Part shown: piece after piece, positions 47,055 through 59,869 of the stretch | Layout: every line of letters starts with the position of its first letter | Numbering within the stretch: the first letter of the stretch is position 1 | NCBI GenBank assembly: GCA_950097015.1 | Contig: CATNEN010000037.1 | Location: 1,054,001-1,118,000, forward strand | Length of the DNA stretch: 64,000 nucleotides | Source: Macrostomum hystrix | Taxonomy: Eukaryota; Animalia; Platyhelminthes | Reading direction: 5' to 3' | Program-made: the position numbers and the translations under genes | Notes under the pieces: generated by a model | What the model was told of the DNA's origin: nothing | Database searches by the model: none | Seen by the model: the letters and a program-made list of their open reading frames with translations, nothing else

Positions 47055-47589
47055 CTGCATCACCAGATAGACCAGATAGATATAGACAGAACCTATAAAC
47101 AAGTGTTGACACAACACAGTGTTCGCTAGTCGAATTTTTCTGTTAAAAAAAAGCAATGATTGAAGCGGCAAGATGAAACTGAAACTCGGGTGGGTGAATC
47201 AGTTAAACAAGCACAACGCCGGCAGGTCAGTTCTGGCGCATTTTCCTCCAGTTTTGGGATCGGAAGGCGAATGTTCCAGCAGTGCACTGTGGCTGTGGCT
47301 GTGGTGACACATGCGTGCTTTCTTTTGTATTGAGTGCGAAGCAGCCTTCTTTTGCTTGAAAGAAATACGAGCCGAAATATTTGGCAATTAGTCGGCTCTG
47401 GTAATTATTAGCAAAATACACACACCAATAATTGGCAGGTTGGACAAGGCCTCACTCTGTAAATTGTTTCACAATATTTTACAAGGCTGCACTAGTGAAA
47501 CTCTCTTAGCAAATAGAGAAAATTAAACCAATCACATAATTTCAATTGCCAGGCAGCTTAACCTGACAGCCAAGGTGCTCCAAACTCAT

Positions 47590-50500
47590 GCAAACTGTAC
47601 TAGACACAACCAACCTACTCAAAACACACCCAACCTACTCCAAACACACCCAACCTACTCAAAACACACCCAACCTACTCCAAACACACCCAACCTACTC
47701 AAAACACACCCAACCTACTCCAAACACACCCAACCTACTCAAAACACACCCAACCTACTCAAAACACACCCAACCTACTCCAAACACACCCAACCTACTC
47801 AAAACACACCCAACCTACTCAAAACACACCCAACCTACTCCAAACACACCCAACCTACTCAAAACACACCCAACCTACTCAAAACACACCCAACCTACTC
47901 AAAACACACCCAACCTACTCCAAACACACCCAACCTACTCAAAACACACCCAACCTACTCAAAACACACCCAACCTACTCCAAACACACCCAACCTACTC
48001 CAAACACATCCAACCTACTCCAAACACACCCAACCTACTCCAAACACACCCAACCTACTCAAAACACACCCAACCTACTCAAAACACACCCAACCTACTC
48101 CAAACACACCCAACCTACTCCAAACACATCCAACCTACTCCAAACACACCCAACCTACTCCAAACACACCCAACCTACTCCAAACACACCCAACCTACTC
48201 CAAACACACCCAACCTACTCCAAAAACACCCAACCTACTCCAAACACACCCAACCTACTCAAACACACCCAACCTACTCCAAACACACCCAACATACTCC
48301 AAACACACCCAACCTACTCAAAACACACCCAACATACTCAAAACACACCCAACCTACTCCAAACACACCCAACCTACTCCAAACACACCCAACCTACTCA
48401 AAACACACCCAACATACTCAAAACACACCCAACCTACTCCAAACACACCCAACCTACTCAAAACACACCCAACCTACTCCAAACACACCCCAACCTACTC
48501 CAAACACACCCAACCTACTCCAAACACACCCAACCTACTCAAACACACCCAACCTACTCCAAACACACCCAACATACTCCAAACACACCCAACCTACTCC
48601 AAACACACCCAACATACTCCAAACACACCCAACATACTCCAAACACACCCAACCTACTCAAAACACACCCAACCTACTCCAAACACACCCAACCTACTCC
48701 AAACACACCCAACCTACTCAAACACACCCAACCTACTCCAAACACACCCAACATACTCCAAACACACCCAACCTACTCAAAACACACCCAACATACTCAA
48801 AACACACCCAACATACTCCAAACACACCCAACATACTCCAAACACACCCAACATACTCCAAACACACCCAACCTACTCAAAAAACACCCAACATACTCAA
48901 AACACACCCAACATACTCCAAACACACCCAACATACTCCAAACACACCCAACATACTCCAAACACACCCAACCTACTCAAAACACACCCAACCTACTCCA
49001 AACACACCCAACCTACTCCAAACACACCCAACATACTCCAAACACACCCAACCTACTCCAAACACACCCAACATACTCCAAACACACCCAACCTACTCAA
49101 AACACACCCAACATACTCCAAACACACCCAACCTACTCAAAACACACCCAACCTACTCAAAACACACCCAACCTACTCCAAACACACCCAACCTACTCCA
49201 AACACACCCAACATACTCCAAACACACCCAACCTACTCAAAACACACCCAACATACTCCAAACACACCCAACATACTCCAAACACACCCAACATACTCCA
49301 AACACACCCAACATACTCCAAACACACCCAACATACTCAAAACACACCCAACATACTCCAAACACACCCAACCTACTCCAAACACACCCAACATACTCCA
49401 AACACACCCAACATACTCCAAACACACCCAACCTACTCAAAACACACCCAACCTACTCCAAACACACCCAACCTACTCCAAACACACCCAACCTACTCCA
49501 AACACACCCAACCTACTCAAAACACACCCAACCTACTCAAAACACACCCAACCTACTCCAAACACACCCAACATACTGCAAACACACCCAACATACTCCA
49601 AACACACCCAACCTACTCCAAACACACCCAACATACTCCGAACACACCCAACATACTCCAAACACACCCAACCTACTCCAAACACACCCAACCTACTCCA
49701 AACACACCCAACATACTCCGAACACACCCAACATACTCCAAACACACCCAACCTACTCAAAACACACCCAACCTACTCCAAACACACCCAACCTACTCAA
49801 AACACACCCAACCTACTCCAAACACACCCAACCTACTCAAAACACACCCAACCTACTCCAAACACACCAACCTACTCAAAACACACCCAACATACTCCAA
49901 ACACACCCAACATACTCCAAACACACCCAACCTACTCCAAACACACCCAACATACTCCAAACACACCCAACCTACTCAAAACACACCCAACCTACTCCAA
50001 ACACACCCAACCTACTCAAAACACACCCAAAATACTTCAAACACACCCAACCTACTCAAAACACACCCAACCTACTCAAAACACACCCAACCTACTCCAA
50101 ACACACCCAACCTACTCAAAACACACCCAACCTACTCCAAACACACCCAACCTACTCAAAACACACCCAACCTACTCCAAACACACCCAACCTACTCAAA
50201 ACACACCCAACCTACTCAAAACACACCCAAAATACTTCAAACACACCCAACCTACTCCAAACACACCCAACCTACTCCAAACACACCCAACATACTCCAA
50301 ACACACCCAACCTACTCAAAACACACCCAACCTACTCCAAACACACCCAACCTACTCAAAACACACCCAAAATACTTCAAACACACCCAACCTACTCCAA
50401 ACACACCCAACCTACTCCAAAAACACCCAACCTACTCCAAACACACCCAACCTACTCAAACACACCCAACCTACTCCAAACACACCCAACATACTCCAAA

Positions 50501-53480
50501 CACACCCAACCTACTCAAAACACACCCAACATACTCAAAACACACCCAACCTACTCCAAACACACCCAACCTACTCCAAACACACCCAACCTACTCAAAA
50601 CACACCCAACATACTCAAAACACACCCAACCTACTCCAAACACACCCAACCTACTCCAAAACACACCCAACCTACTCCAAACACACCCAACCTACTCCAA
50701 ACACACCCAACCTACTCAAACACACCCAACCTACTCCAAACACACCCAACATACTCCAAACACACCCAACCTACTCAAAATACACCCAACATACTCAAAA
50801 CACACCCAACATACTCAAAACACACCCAACATACTCCAAACACACCCAACATACTCCAAACACACCCAACATACTCCAAACACACCCAACCTACTCCAAA
50901 CACACCCAACCTACTCCAAACACACCCAACCTACTCCAAACACACCCAACCTACTCCAAACACACCCAACCTACTCAAACACACCCAACCTACTCAAAAC
51001 ACACCCAACATACTCCAAACACACCCAACCTACTCAAAACACACCCAACATACTCAAAACACACCCAACATACTCCAAACACACCCAACATACTCCAAAC
51101 ACACCCAACATACTCCAAACACACCCAACATACTCCAAACACACCCAACATACTCCAAACACACCCAACCTACTCAAAACACACCCAACCTACTCCAAAC
51201 ACACCCAACCTACTCCAAACACACCCAACCTACTCAAACACACCCAACCTACTCAAACACACCCAACCTACTCCAAACACACCCAACATACTCCAAAACA
51301 CACCCAACCTACTCAAAACACACCCAACATACTCCAAACACACCCAACATACTCCAAACACACCCAACATACTCCAAACACACCCAACCTACTCAAAACA
51401 CAACCAACATACTCAAAACACACCCAACATACTCCAAACACACCCAACATACTCCAAACACACCCAACATACTCCAAACACACCCAACATACTCCAAACA
51501 CACCCAACCTACTCAAAACACACCCAACCTACTCAAAACACACCCAACCTACTCCAAACACACCCAACCTACTCCAAACACACCCAACATACTCCAAACA
51601 CACCCAACCTACTCAAAACACACCCAACATACTCCAAACACACCCAACATACTCCAAACACACCCAACATACTCCAAACACACCCAACCTACTCAAAACA
51701 CACCCAACATACTCAAAACACACCCAACATACTCCAAACACACCCAACCTACTCCAAACACACCCAACATACTCCAAACACACCCAACATACTCCAAACA
51801 CACCCAACCTACTCAAAACACACCCAACCTACTCCAAACACACCCAACCTACTCCAAACACACCCAACCTACTCCAAACACACCCAACCTACTCAAAACA
51901 CACCCAACCTACTCCAAACACACCCAACCTACTCCAAACACACCCAACATACTGCAAACACACCCAACATACTCCAAACACACCCAACCTACTCCAAACA
52001 CACCCAACATACTCCGAACACACCCAACATACTCCAAACACACCCAACCTACTCCAAACACACCCAACCTACTCCAAACACACCCAACATACTCCGAACA
52101 CACCCAACATACTCCAAACACACCCAACCTACTCCAAACACACCCAACCTACTCCAAACACACCCAACCTACTCAAAACACACCCAACCTACTCCAAACA
52201 CACCCAACCTACTCAAAACACACCCAACCTACTCCAAACACACCAACCTACTCAAAACACACCCAACATACTCCAAACACACCCAACATACTCCAAACAC
52301 ACCCAACCTACTCCAAACACACCCAACATACTCCAAACACACCCAACCTACTCAAAACATACCCAACCTACTCCAAACACACCCAACCTACTCAAAACAC
52401 ACCCAAAATACTTCAAACACACCCAACCTACTCAAAACACACCCAACCTACTCAAAACACACCCAACCTACTCCAAACACACCCAACCTACTCAAAACAC
52501 ACCCAACCTACTCCAAACACACCCAACCTACTCAAAACACACCCAACCTACTCCAAACACACCCAACCTACTCAAAACACACCCAACCTACTCAAAACAC
52601 ACCCAAAATACTTCAAACACACCCAACCTACTCCAAACACACCCAACCTACTCCAAACACACCCAACATACTCCAAACACACCCAACCTACTCAAAACAC
52701 ACCCAACCTACTCCAAACACACCCAACCTACTCAAAACACACCCAAAATACTTCAAACACACCCAACCTACTCAAAACACACCCAACCTACTCAAAACAC
52801 ACCCAACCTACTCCAAACACACCCAACCTACTCAAAACACACCCAACCTACTCCAAAGACACCCAACCTACTCAAAACACACCCAACCTACTCCAAACAC
52901 ACCCAAAATACTTCAAACACACCCAACCTACTCAAAACACACCCAAAATACTTCAAACACACCCAACCTACTCCAAACACACCCAACCTACTCAAAACAC
53001 ACCCAACCTACTCCAAACACACCCAACCTACTCAAAACACACCCAACCTACTCCAAACACACCCAACCTACTCAAAACACACCCAACCTACTCAAAACAC
53101 ACCCAAAATACTTCAAACACACCCAACCTACTCCAAACACACCCAACCTACTCCAAACACACCCAACATACTCCAAACACACCCAACCTACTCAAAACAC
53201 ACCCAACCTACTCCAAACACACCCAACCTACTCAAAACACACCCAAAATACTTCAAACACACCCAACCTACTCAAAACACACCCAAGCTACTCAAAACAC
53301 ACCCAACCTACTCCAAACACACCCAACATACTCCAAACACACCCAACCTACTCAAAACACACCCAACCTACTCCAAACACACCCAACCTACTCAAAACAC
53401 ACCCAACATACTCCAAACACACCCAACATACTCCAAACACACCCAACCTACTCAAAACACACCCAACCTTCTCCAACCAC
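47590..53480. repeat. 5.9-kb nearly G-free 20-bp satellite (CCAACCTACTCAAAACACAC)
   Basis: About 295 copies with scattered 1-bp indels; source of the 1970-aa and 2004-aa ORFs. Confidence 0.97.
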
Positions 53481-53511
53481 ACCCTAACCAAAACCTCCCT
53501 CGATTCCGCAG

Positions 53512-53635
53512 CTGGTTGCCAAGCAATGCAACGGCCGCATCATATGCCGCATTGTGGGACCCGAGTTATCCGGCGCCAGGACAGCCTGCCCACGGCAGCT
53601 GACACAGCTCAGCATTCGATTCAACTGCTTGCCAG
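53512..53635 (+). CDS. EVA-1-like protein, exon 3 (C-half of SUEL domain 1)
   Basis: Branch CCCTAAC at 53482, acceptor TTCCGCAG|CTG; LVAKQCNGRIICRIVGPELSGARTACPRQLTQLSIRFNCLP completes the SUEL domain; donor G|GTCAGT (phase 1). Confidence 0.87.
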
Positions 53636-53995
53636 GTCAGTCAGTCAGTCAGTCAGTCAGTCAGTCAGTCAGTCAGTCAGTCAGTCAGTCAGTCAGTCAG
53701 TCAGTCAGTCAGTCAGTCAGTCAGTCAGTCAGTCAGTCAGTCAGTCAGTCAGTCAGTCAGTCAGTCAGTCAGTCAGTCAGTCAGTCAGTCAGTCAGTCAG
53801 TCAGTCAGTCAGTCAGTCAGTCAGTCAGTCAGTCAGTCAGTCAGTCAGTCAGTCAGTCAGTCAGTCAGTCAGTCAGTCAGTCAGTCAGTCAGTCAGTCAG
53901 TCAGTCAGTCAGTCAGTCAGTCAGTCAGTCAGTCAGTCAGTCAGTCAGTCAGTCAGTCAGTCAGTCAGTCAGTCAGTCAGTCAGTCAGTCAGTCA
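53636..53995 (+). repeat. (GTCA)90 microsatellite forming essentially the whole intron 53636-54000
   Basis: Perfect tetranucleotide run from the donor GT to TTCAG at 53996-54000. Confidence 0.97.
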
Positions 53996-54000
53996 TTCAG

Positions 54001-54312
54001 ATCCTCTGATCGCACCCACAGCGGTTCACACCCAGCTGCTCTGCTCGGGCACCTACCAACAGCTGTCCTGCGAAGAAACCGAGACCCTCAACATTCTCCA
54101 CGCCCGTCTGACCAACAAGTACACCCTGAACAATGCCAGCTGCCCGGACACTGTCAAGGCTGACTCGGGCTACGCGGCATGTCCGGACAGAGACATGACC
54201 AACCCGCTAAACAGCCTATGCCGGCAGAATTACCACAGCTGCTCAGTGAAGGCCACCTTTCCGCCTGACAGGGGCTGCGCTCATGCACACATGCTATTGG
54301 TGTACTCTTGTG
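54001..54312 (+). CDS. EVA-1-like protein, exon 4 (SUEL-like domain 2)
   Basis: G+AT = Asp; LLCSGTYQQLSCEETETLNILHARL...CPDRDMTNPLNSLCRQNYHSCSVKA...GCAHAHMLLVYSC; donor G|GTGAGG (phase 1). Confidence 0.87.
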
Positions 54313-54469
54313 GTGAGGCGACAACCAATCAGAGAATAGAGTTATAAACAGCAGTAGTAAGCAGAGTGTACATTCTGCGGTAAACAGTGAACACGTGATG
54401 TCACGCAAGTATCGCGTGCTACTTGACCATGAATCTAAAAATAGCATCGCGCTTGTTGCATTTACGCAG

Positions 54470-54655
54470 TGCCCAACAGCCTGCAGCAGGAGGAGTCGCG
54501 GCCAGACAGTCAGGCAGCCGAAGTCGACGCCAAACTCAGGGAACAGCGACAGCGGGCCCAACAGCAACAGAAACAGCAGCAGCAGCAGCAGCAGAAGCAA
54601 CAGCAATCTCGAAATCAGAATCTGGTTGTGAATGATCAAGACCGGCCGCTGACAG
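54470..54655 (+). CDS. EVA-1-like protein, exon 5 (Gln-rich stalk)
   Basis: Acceptor TTTACGCAG|TG; open; donor ACA G|GTATGA; 186 bp, phase 1-1. Confidence 0.75.
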
Positions 54656-55091
54656 GTATGATTTGCTGAGGACCAGAAGGTCCTGACTTAAAAAAACTAA
54701 GAAGCTTAAACAGGAAACGTCAATGTTTTGCATGAGACAAATCACAAGCACTAGGTTGTAGTTGTAGACCAGTGATACTTTTCTTGAGTTATCTCTTCGA
54801 TGTTTCTACTAACTCGGATAGCCTTTCCAACAACACAATGAGTCGCAAAACACCCTAAATAAATCAAACATCTTGGAAAAAACTGCTTTCCTTCGAAAAT
54901 GCTAGCTAGCATTGATTTTCAAACTTCGGCACATCTGTTGCCTAAAAGAATATGCAAGCACCTGACGCAGGGTTATCCCCGTCGCTGATTTTTTAATCAA
55001 TTCGCAAAACAGCTTTCGAGGGCCATAAAACACAAACAGACAGACCGGCTGCACTTTCAGCAAGGATCGCATGCGCTAACAAAACCCGCAG

Positions 55092-55181
55092 GTGGTGGCG
55101 GCCGATTGGTGGCTGGTCATCCGCACGGCGGTCTAGTCAAGCCGAAACTGACACCAGAGGTCACGGATGGCGCGTCGGACG
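55092..55181 (+). CDS. EVA-1-like protein, exon 6 (90-bp symmetric stalk exon)
   Basis: Branch GCTAAC, acceptor CCCGCAG|GT; GGGRLVAGHPHGGLVKPKLTPEVTDGASD; donor G|GTGAGA; phase 1-1; a GC-rich island in AT-rich DNA. Confidence 0.68.
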
Positions 55182-56713
55182 GTGAGATATGTACATATTC
55201 ATTGATCTTCACCCAGTTGTAAATTGGGTGCCACGATCAGTTGGGTTAGACATTTAGAAAAAGTAAGTTTAAACAAAACTTTTTAACAAAAAGTAAGTGC
55301 ATACTGTGACAAGTAATTAACTTTTTTATTGTAGCTGCATCGTTTTCTTAACTTTGATAAATAGATTTATTATATAAAATTATATTACAGCTTTCTTCAA
55401 CTAATCAGCTAATTTATTTTTTTTATAAAAAAATATTTTTTATGCATAACTATTGAAAAATTAGCAATTATACTTTCCGTTTCGTATGCATGATAAAATG
55501 AAAAAAGTTTCTAAATGGGAATGAAATAGAAATAGATATTTAGATTGATAAATAAAAATGCACAGGTCAGACAGTTTCGAAAGTATTACTATCCTGCATG
55601 CTATTACAGATAAACAGACATTTGGAGCCCCATTATGTAGAAAAAAATATAAAGGCAGTGGCATATTGTAACTGGAATTTTCGCACATATCTGCAATAAA
55701 ATAAAACAGAATAAAACAATTATCCTACTGTAATTTTATTGCACCGGAACTATTCGTTTAAACAAAATCTGATAAAAGTTCATGCATAAAATCACGTCAC
55801 AAAACCGACAGCTTATTTAAAGCTTCCAGAGATATTCGGAAACCAGCGAACTGCTTGCGTTTTTAAAAATAGTAGAACAAAAAACCAAATAGCTAAAATG
55901 CTTCCAAGCACATTCAAAGCCCATTTAATTTTCCTAAATTCATCTCGAACAAATGAATACTCTCTGTACCCATACATTCGACCCGATTATATTGGAATTT
56001 GTATTATGCTATTATTTTATACGCTCGTGATTCCATCTTTTATTTTTGAAAGTCAAATTTAAAAGTGTAATAAAAGATATATTCAATTTATATTTACTAT
56101 TTCATAGTCAGTCAGATCGGCCCTGGAATTGTCACACACGGTCACGTGGGAAACCACTGCATCTGCTCCATCTGATGCTTTCCTTTGAAGCCAACTGTTT
56201 CAAAACCATTGCAACATCAAAGGACAACCAAATCTTAACCGACGTTCCAAGTCAGCAAGGGACACTTTTACTTAATCGCGAAAGACACTTTAGGATAAAG
56301 AATATAAGAGTAATGTAGTAAGTGTATACTATAGCTATGAAATGTCAAGCCTATTAAAAGGACTTTATATATTTTCCCTCTTGCCACTTGCCACTCCCTG
56401 AAGTCTCCCTACAATATAGTTTATCTCGCAAAATCAAACACAAGCAGAAGATTCAATGAAGTATCTTGTAAATAGTCGTCTCATTGTCTCTCTGCCAGAA
56501 GCATTTATTTTTTGTTTGCATAATTCTCGAATTAGCGAGTGTAAGTGACTGTAAGCTGTCAGCTAGCTCGTAATCATGTTGGGAGTGAGTTCTAGTCAGT
56601 AAAATAGTAAGTCAGTTTTGGAAAGCTTCATGTGCAGTGTCTTTTCAGGACGTGAGAATCGGTTGTACTTAGAAAAATCACCCTTTAAATTAAAAAAAAT
56701 CTGACGAAATCAA

Positions 56714-57186
56714 ATTAAGAGTCGTAGCAGGATCCTCAGCTAGAATCGTAGCAGGATCCTCAGCTAGAATCGTATCAGGATCCTCAGCTAGAATCGTAGC
56801 AGGATCCTCAGCTAGAATCGTATCAGGATCCTCAGCTAGAATCGTATCAGGATCCTCAGCTAGAATCGTAGCAGGATCCTCAGCTAGAATCGTATCAGGA
56901 TCCTCAGCTAGAATCGTATCAGGATCCTCAGCTAGAATCGTAGCGGGATCCTCAGCTAGAATCGTATCAGGATCCTCAGCTAGAATCGTATCAGGATCCT
57001 CAGCTAGAATCGTAGCAGGATCCTCAGCTAGAATCGTATCAGGATCCTCAGCTAGAATCGTATCAGGATCCTCAGCTAGAATCGTAGCGGGATCCTCAGC
57101 TAGAATCGTATCAGGATCCTCAGCTAGAATCGTAGCAGGATCCTCAGCTAGAATCGTATCAGGATCCTCAGCTAGAATCGTAGCAG
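56714..57186. repeat. 24-bp minisatellite (GTAGCAGGATCCTCAGCTAGAATC)
   Basis: About 19.5 copies with GGATCC in each unit. Confidence 0.95.
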
Positions 57187-57384
57187 GATTTTTCGAGAGC
57201 ATAAATATATTTTTATCATCCACTTGAGACTAACTAAGCCAATTTAAATTTTAAAATGTTCTGTCTGAAAGAATTAGAAAAATGTTAAGCTTAAAGACTA
57301 ATTTTACACAGAAAATAAGTCACACAAGTCTCAGGGACAAAACTGTTGAGCAATCTCGAGATCAACGCTGCCTCTGCTCTTCAG

Positions 57385-58023
57385 GTCGCTCTGATCTGCT
57401 CGTGGTGTCTGCCTGCGGCTGCCTGGCCACCCTCCTGCTCATCGGCTTAGTTGCACTTCTAGCACTTTCGCATCGCCGCAGAAATCAACGGCGTCGCAGT
57501 GCGTCGTCAGCGTCGGCGAGAGCAGCGGCAGCTTCAGCTTCTGCAGCGTCTGTGATTGCTAATGGCAACGCAGGGACTAGGCGATACGTTTCGCCGCCGC
57601 TACCGCCGCTACCGTCAACGCCGTCGCAGTTGAGCAGCTGCGACACACACGCCAACGCCTACCTCCTGCCGAAGCCGCTGCAGCAGCAGCCGTCGCCGCT
57701 CCCGCCGCCACCACCGCTGACTCTGCCATTAGAGAACGATGCAATCAGTCAACTTCTCAGCGAACCGCAGCAGGTCCATCATCGGTATCATAGACGAGGC
57801 CGAGGTCGATTCGATCAGTCAGCAGCCTCTACGCAGTCGCTGGTTATTGACCGTTGCGTCAGCAGCGGTTGCCCGTCGGAGTCGTCGCTGCGGTCTGAGC
57901 CGCCGCCGCCGCCGCCGCCGCCACCATCGGCTCCCACTGTGCGGTTCAGCCAGTACAGCAATCTGTACATCTACCAGCCAAGCTCTGGCAGGCAGCCATC
58001 CACTGTGCTGTACAACCTGTGGG

Positions 58024-58072
<49 letters not shown>

Positions 58073-58106
58073 GCCATTGCAGCCAGCGGGACTCTCATAC
58101 GTTTGA
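57385..58106 (+). CDS. EVA-1-like protein, terminal exon (TM helix, Pro-rich cytoplasmic tail, C-terminal SYV)
   Basis: Acceptor CCTCTGCTCTTCAG|GT; LLVVSACGCLATLLLIGLVALLAL followed by HRRRNQRRR; PPLPPLP and poly-P tracts; ends GLSYV-TGA. Confidence 0.87.
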
Positions 58107-58609
58107 TGAATGCGGCAGCCTTTTCTTTGACGAATCAAAAACAAAATCAATCAAGGGATAGCGCAACAGGGGAAGACCGCGGTTTTCACCTCTGGGGAAA
58201 GAGAACGGGGGGTATTTCAAATACCTACTGCCAACGACACGATAACCAATTTTCGTGAGAAAGTCCACCATATAATTGACTTTAGCGAGAATATTAAGCC
58301 GAGTGTTTGCTAAAGTGCAAGAATATCTCTCTGTTGTATTAATTTCACACCTGTTCAGTCAAGGATATTCCATTTTTTGATACTTGCAGGATTAGTTTAC
58401 TATCTTTTGTACACACATTTTTCTACTCGTAACCGAGTGCAAATAATCTTACGCCATGCATCTTTAGCTACGTTTAGGTACGAACTGCACCAGAAGTGAA
58501 CTCTTAGCTGCTATATACGTTCGTCTGTGAGCATCTCAGCCACACTTCACACCTTTTGTATATGTTTAATAAAGTTACGCAATGTACTTTCGACCACGAT
58601 GAAACCACC

Positions 58610-59200
58610 CAGGGATCGGGGTGGTTGGCTATCCGGGGATAAAGAAGGTCAGGGAGTGGGGTGGTTAGATATCCGACGTCAGGAACGGCAGGGAGTGGGT
58701 GTTTTAGCTATACTGGGTTAGAAGGGCAGGGATTGGGGTGGTTGGTCATCCGGGGTTAGGAGCGGCAGGGAGTGGGGTGGTTGGCTATCCGGGGTTAGGA
58801 ATTGCAGGCAGGTTGGTTGGTTGGCCATCCGGGGTTAGGAGCGGCAGGGAGTGGGGTGGTTGCTATCCGGGGTTAGGAGCGGCAGGGAGTGGGGTGGTTG
58901 GCTATCCGGGGTTAGGAATTTGCAGGCAGGTTGGTTGGTTGGCCATCCGGGGTTGGGAGGGGCAGAGAGTGGGGTGGTTGGCCATCCGGGGTTAGGAGCG
59001 GCAGGGAGTGGGGTGGTTGGCTATCCGGGGTTAGGAGCGGCAGGGAGTGGGGTGGTTGGCCATCCGGGGTTGGGAGGGGCAGAGAGTGGGTGGTTGGCCA
59101 TCCGGGGTTAGGAGCGGCAGGGAGTGGGGTGGTTGGCTATCCGGGGTTAGGAATTTGCAGGGAGGTTGGTTGATTGGCCATCCGGGGTTGGGATTGAGGT
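58610..59200. repeat. ~39-bp G-rich minisatellite (GGGAGTGGGGTGGTTGGCTATCCGGGGTTAGGAGCGGCA)
   Basis: About 14 variable copies. Confidence 0.88.
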
Positions 59201-59869
59201 GGTTAGCAGATAAGAAATATTCTAAATGGGTGCGAGTTTGTCATAATCAAAGTCTTTAAGAACAACGCACAGCCCAGACCCAAAAGACAAACAAAAAAAT
59301 TTGCACTTAATCGACTAAAAATCATCAGGCGCGCCAAAAATATTCAAAATCTCTGTGTTGTCTGAAAAATAGTAAGAAAAAATCTTAGCAAGCAAACTAA
59401 TGCTGAAGCTGAATAGAAACTTATAAAGTGTGCAAAAAATTGGCAAACTTTCTTTTATTTCACGCGCTCAGGCGTAGAAAGTAAAACTCCCCATCTCCTT
59501 CACTCCCCATTCTGAGCTGCATTCAACTATCCTTGCCCTCATTTTCATTGAAGTCGGCCCGGAGATGAGATCTGGTGCACAGCGAGAATGAACCTATCGT
59601 TGGGATCAGCTAACCTAAGCCACACTTTCTGTTCTCCCAAAGCCATCTTCTTGATCAGTGTGGCTCATCTCCCAGTTACTTTGCTTTGATGGAGAAATCC
59701 CACTGAGTCCCAATTGCAGATTCCAGCATTATCCCAGATGGGCCATTCGCTCTGGCTTCGCGTCTACTGAGTTGCACTTGAACAATGTCCTGAAAGGCTC
59801 AGCTTTCAACCTGTTGTTGCTTAGCAGTACTCGCCAATGCTTTTCTGTCTCCCTAATACTCCACTCTAC

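Noticed and set aside
47575-53602. 1970-aa and 2004-aa Thr/Pro/His mucin-like ORFs
   Set aside because: A G-poor 20-bp satellite is open by composition; it lies inside an intron of the lectin gene and has frame-shifting indels.
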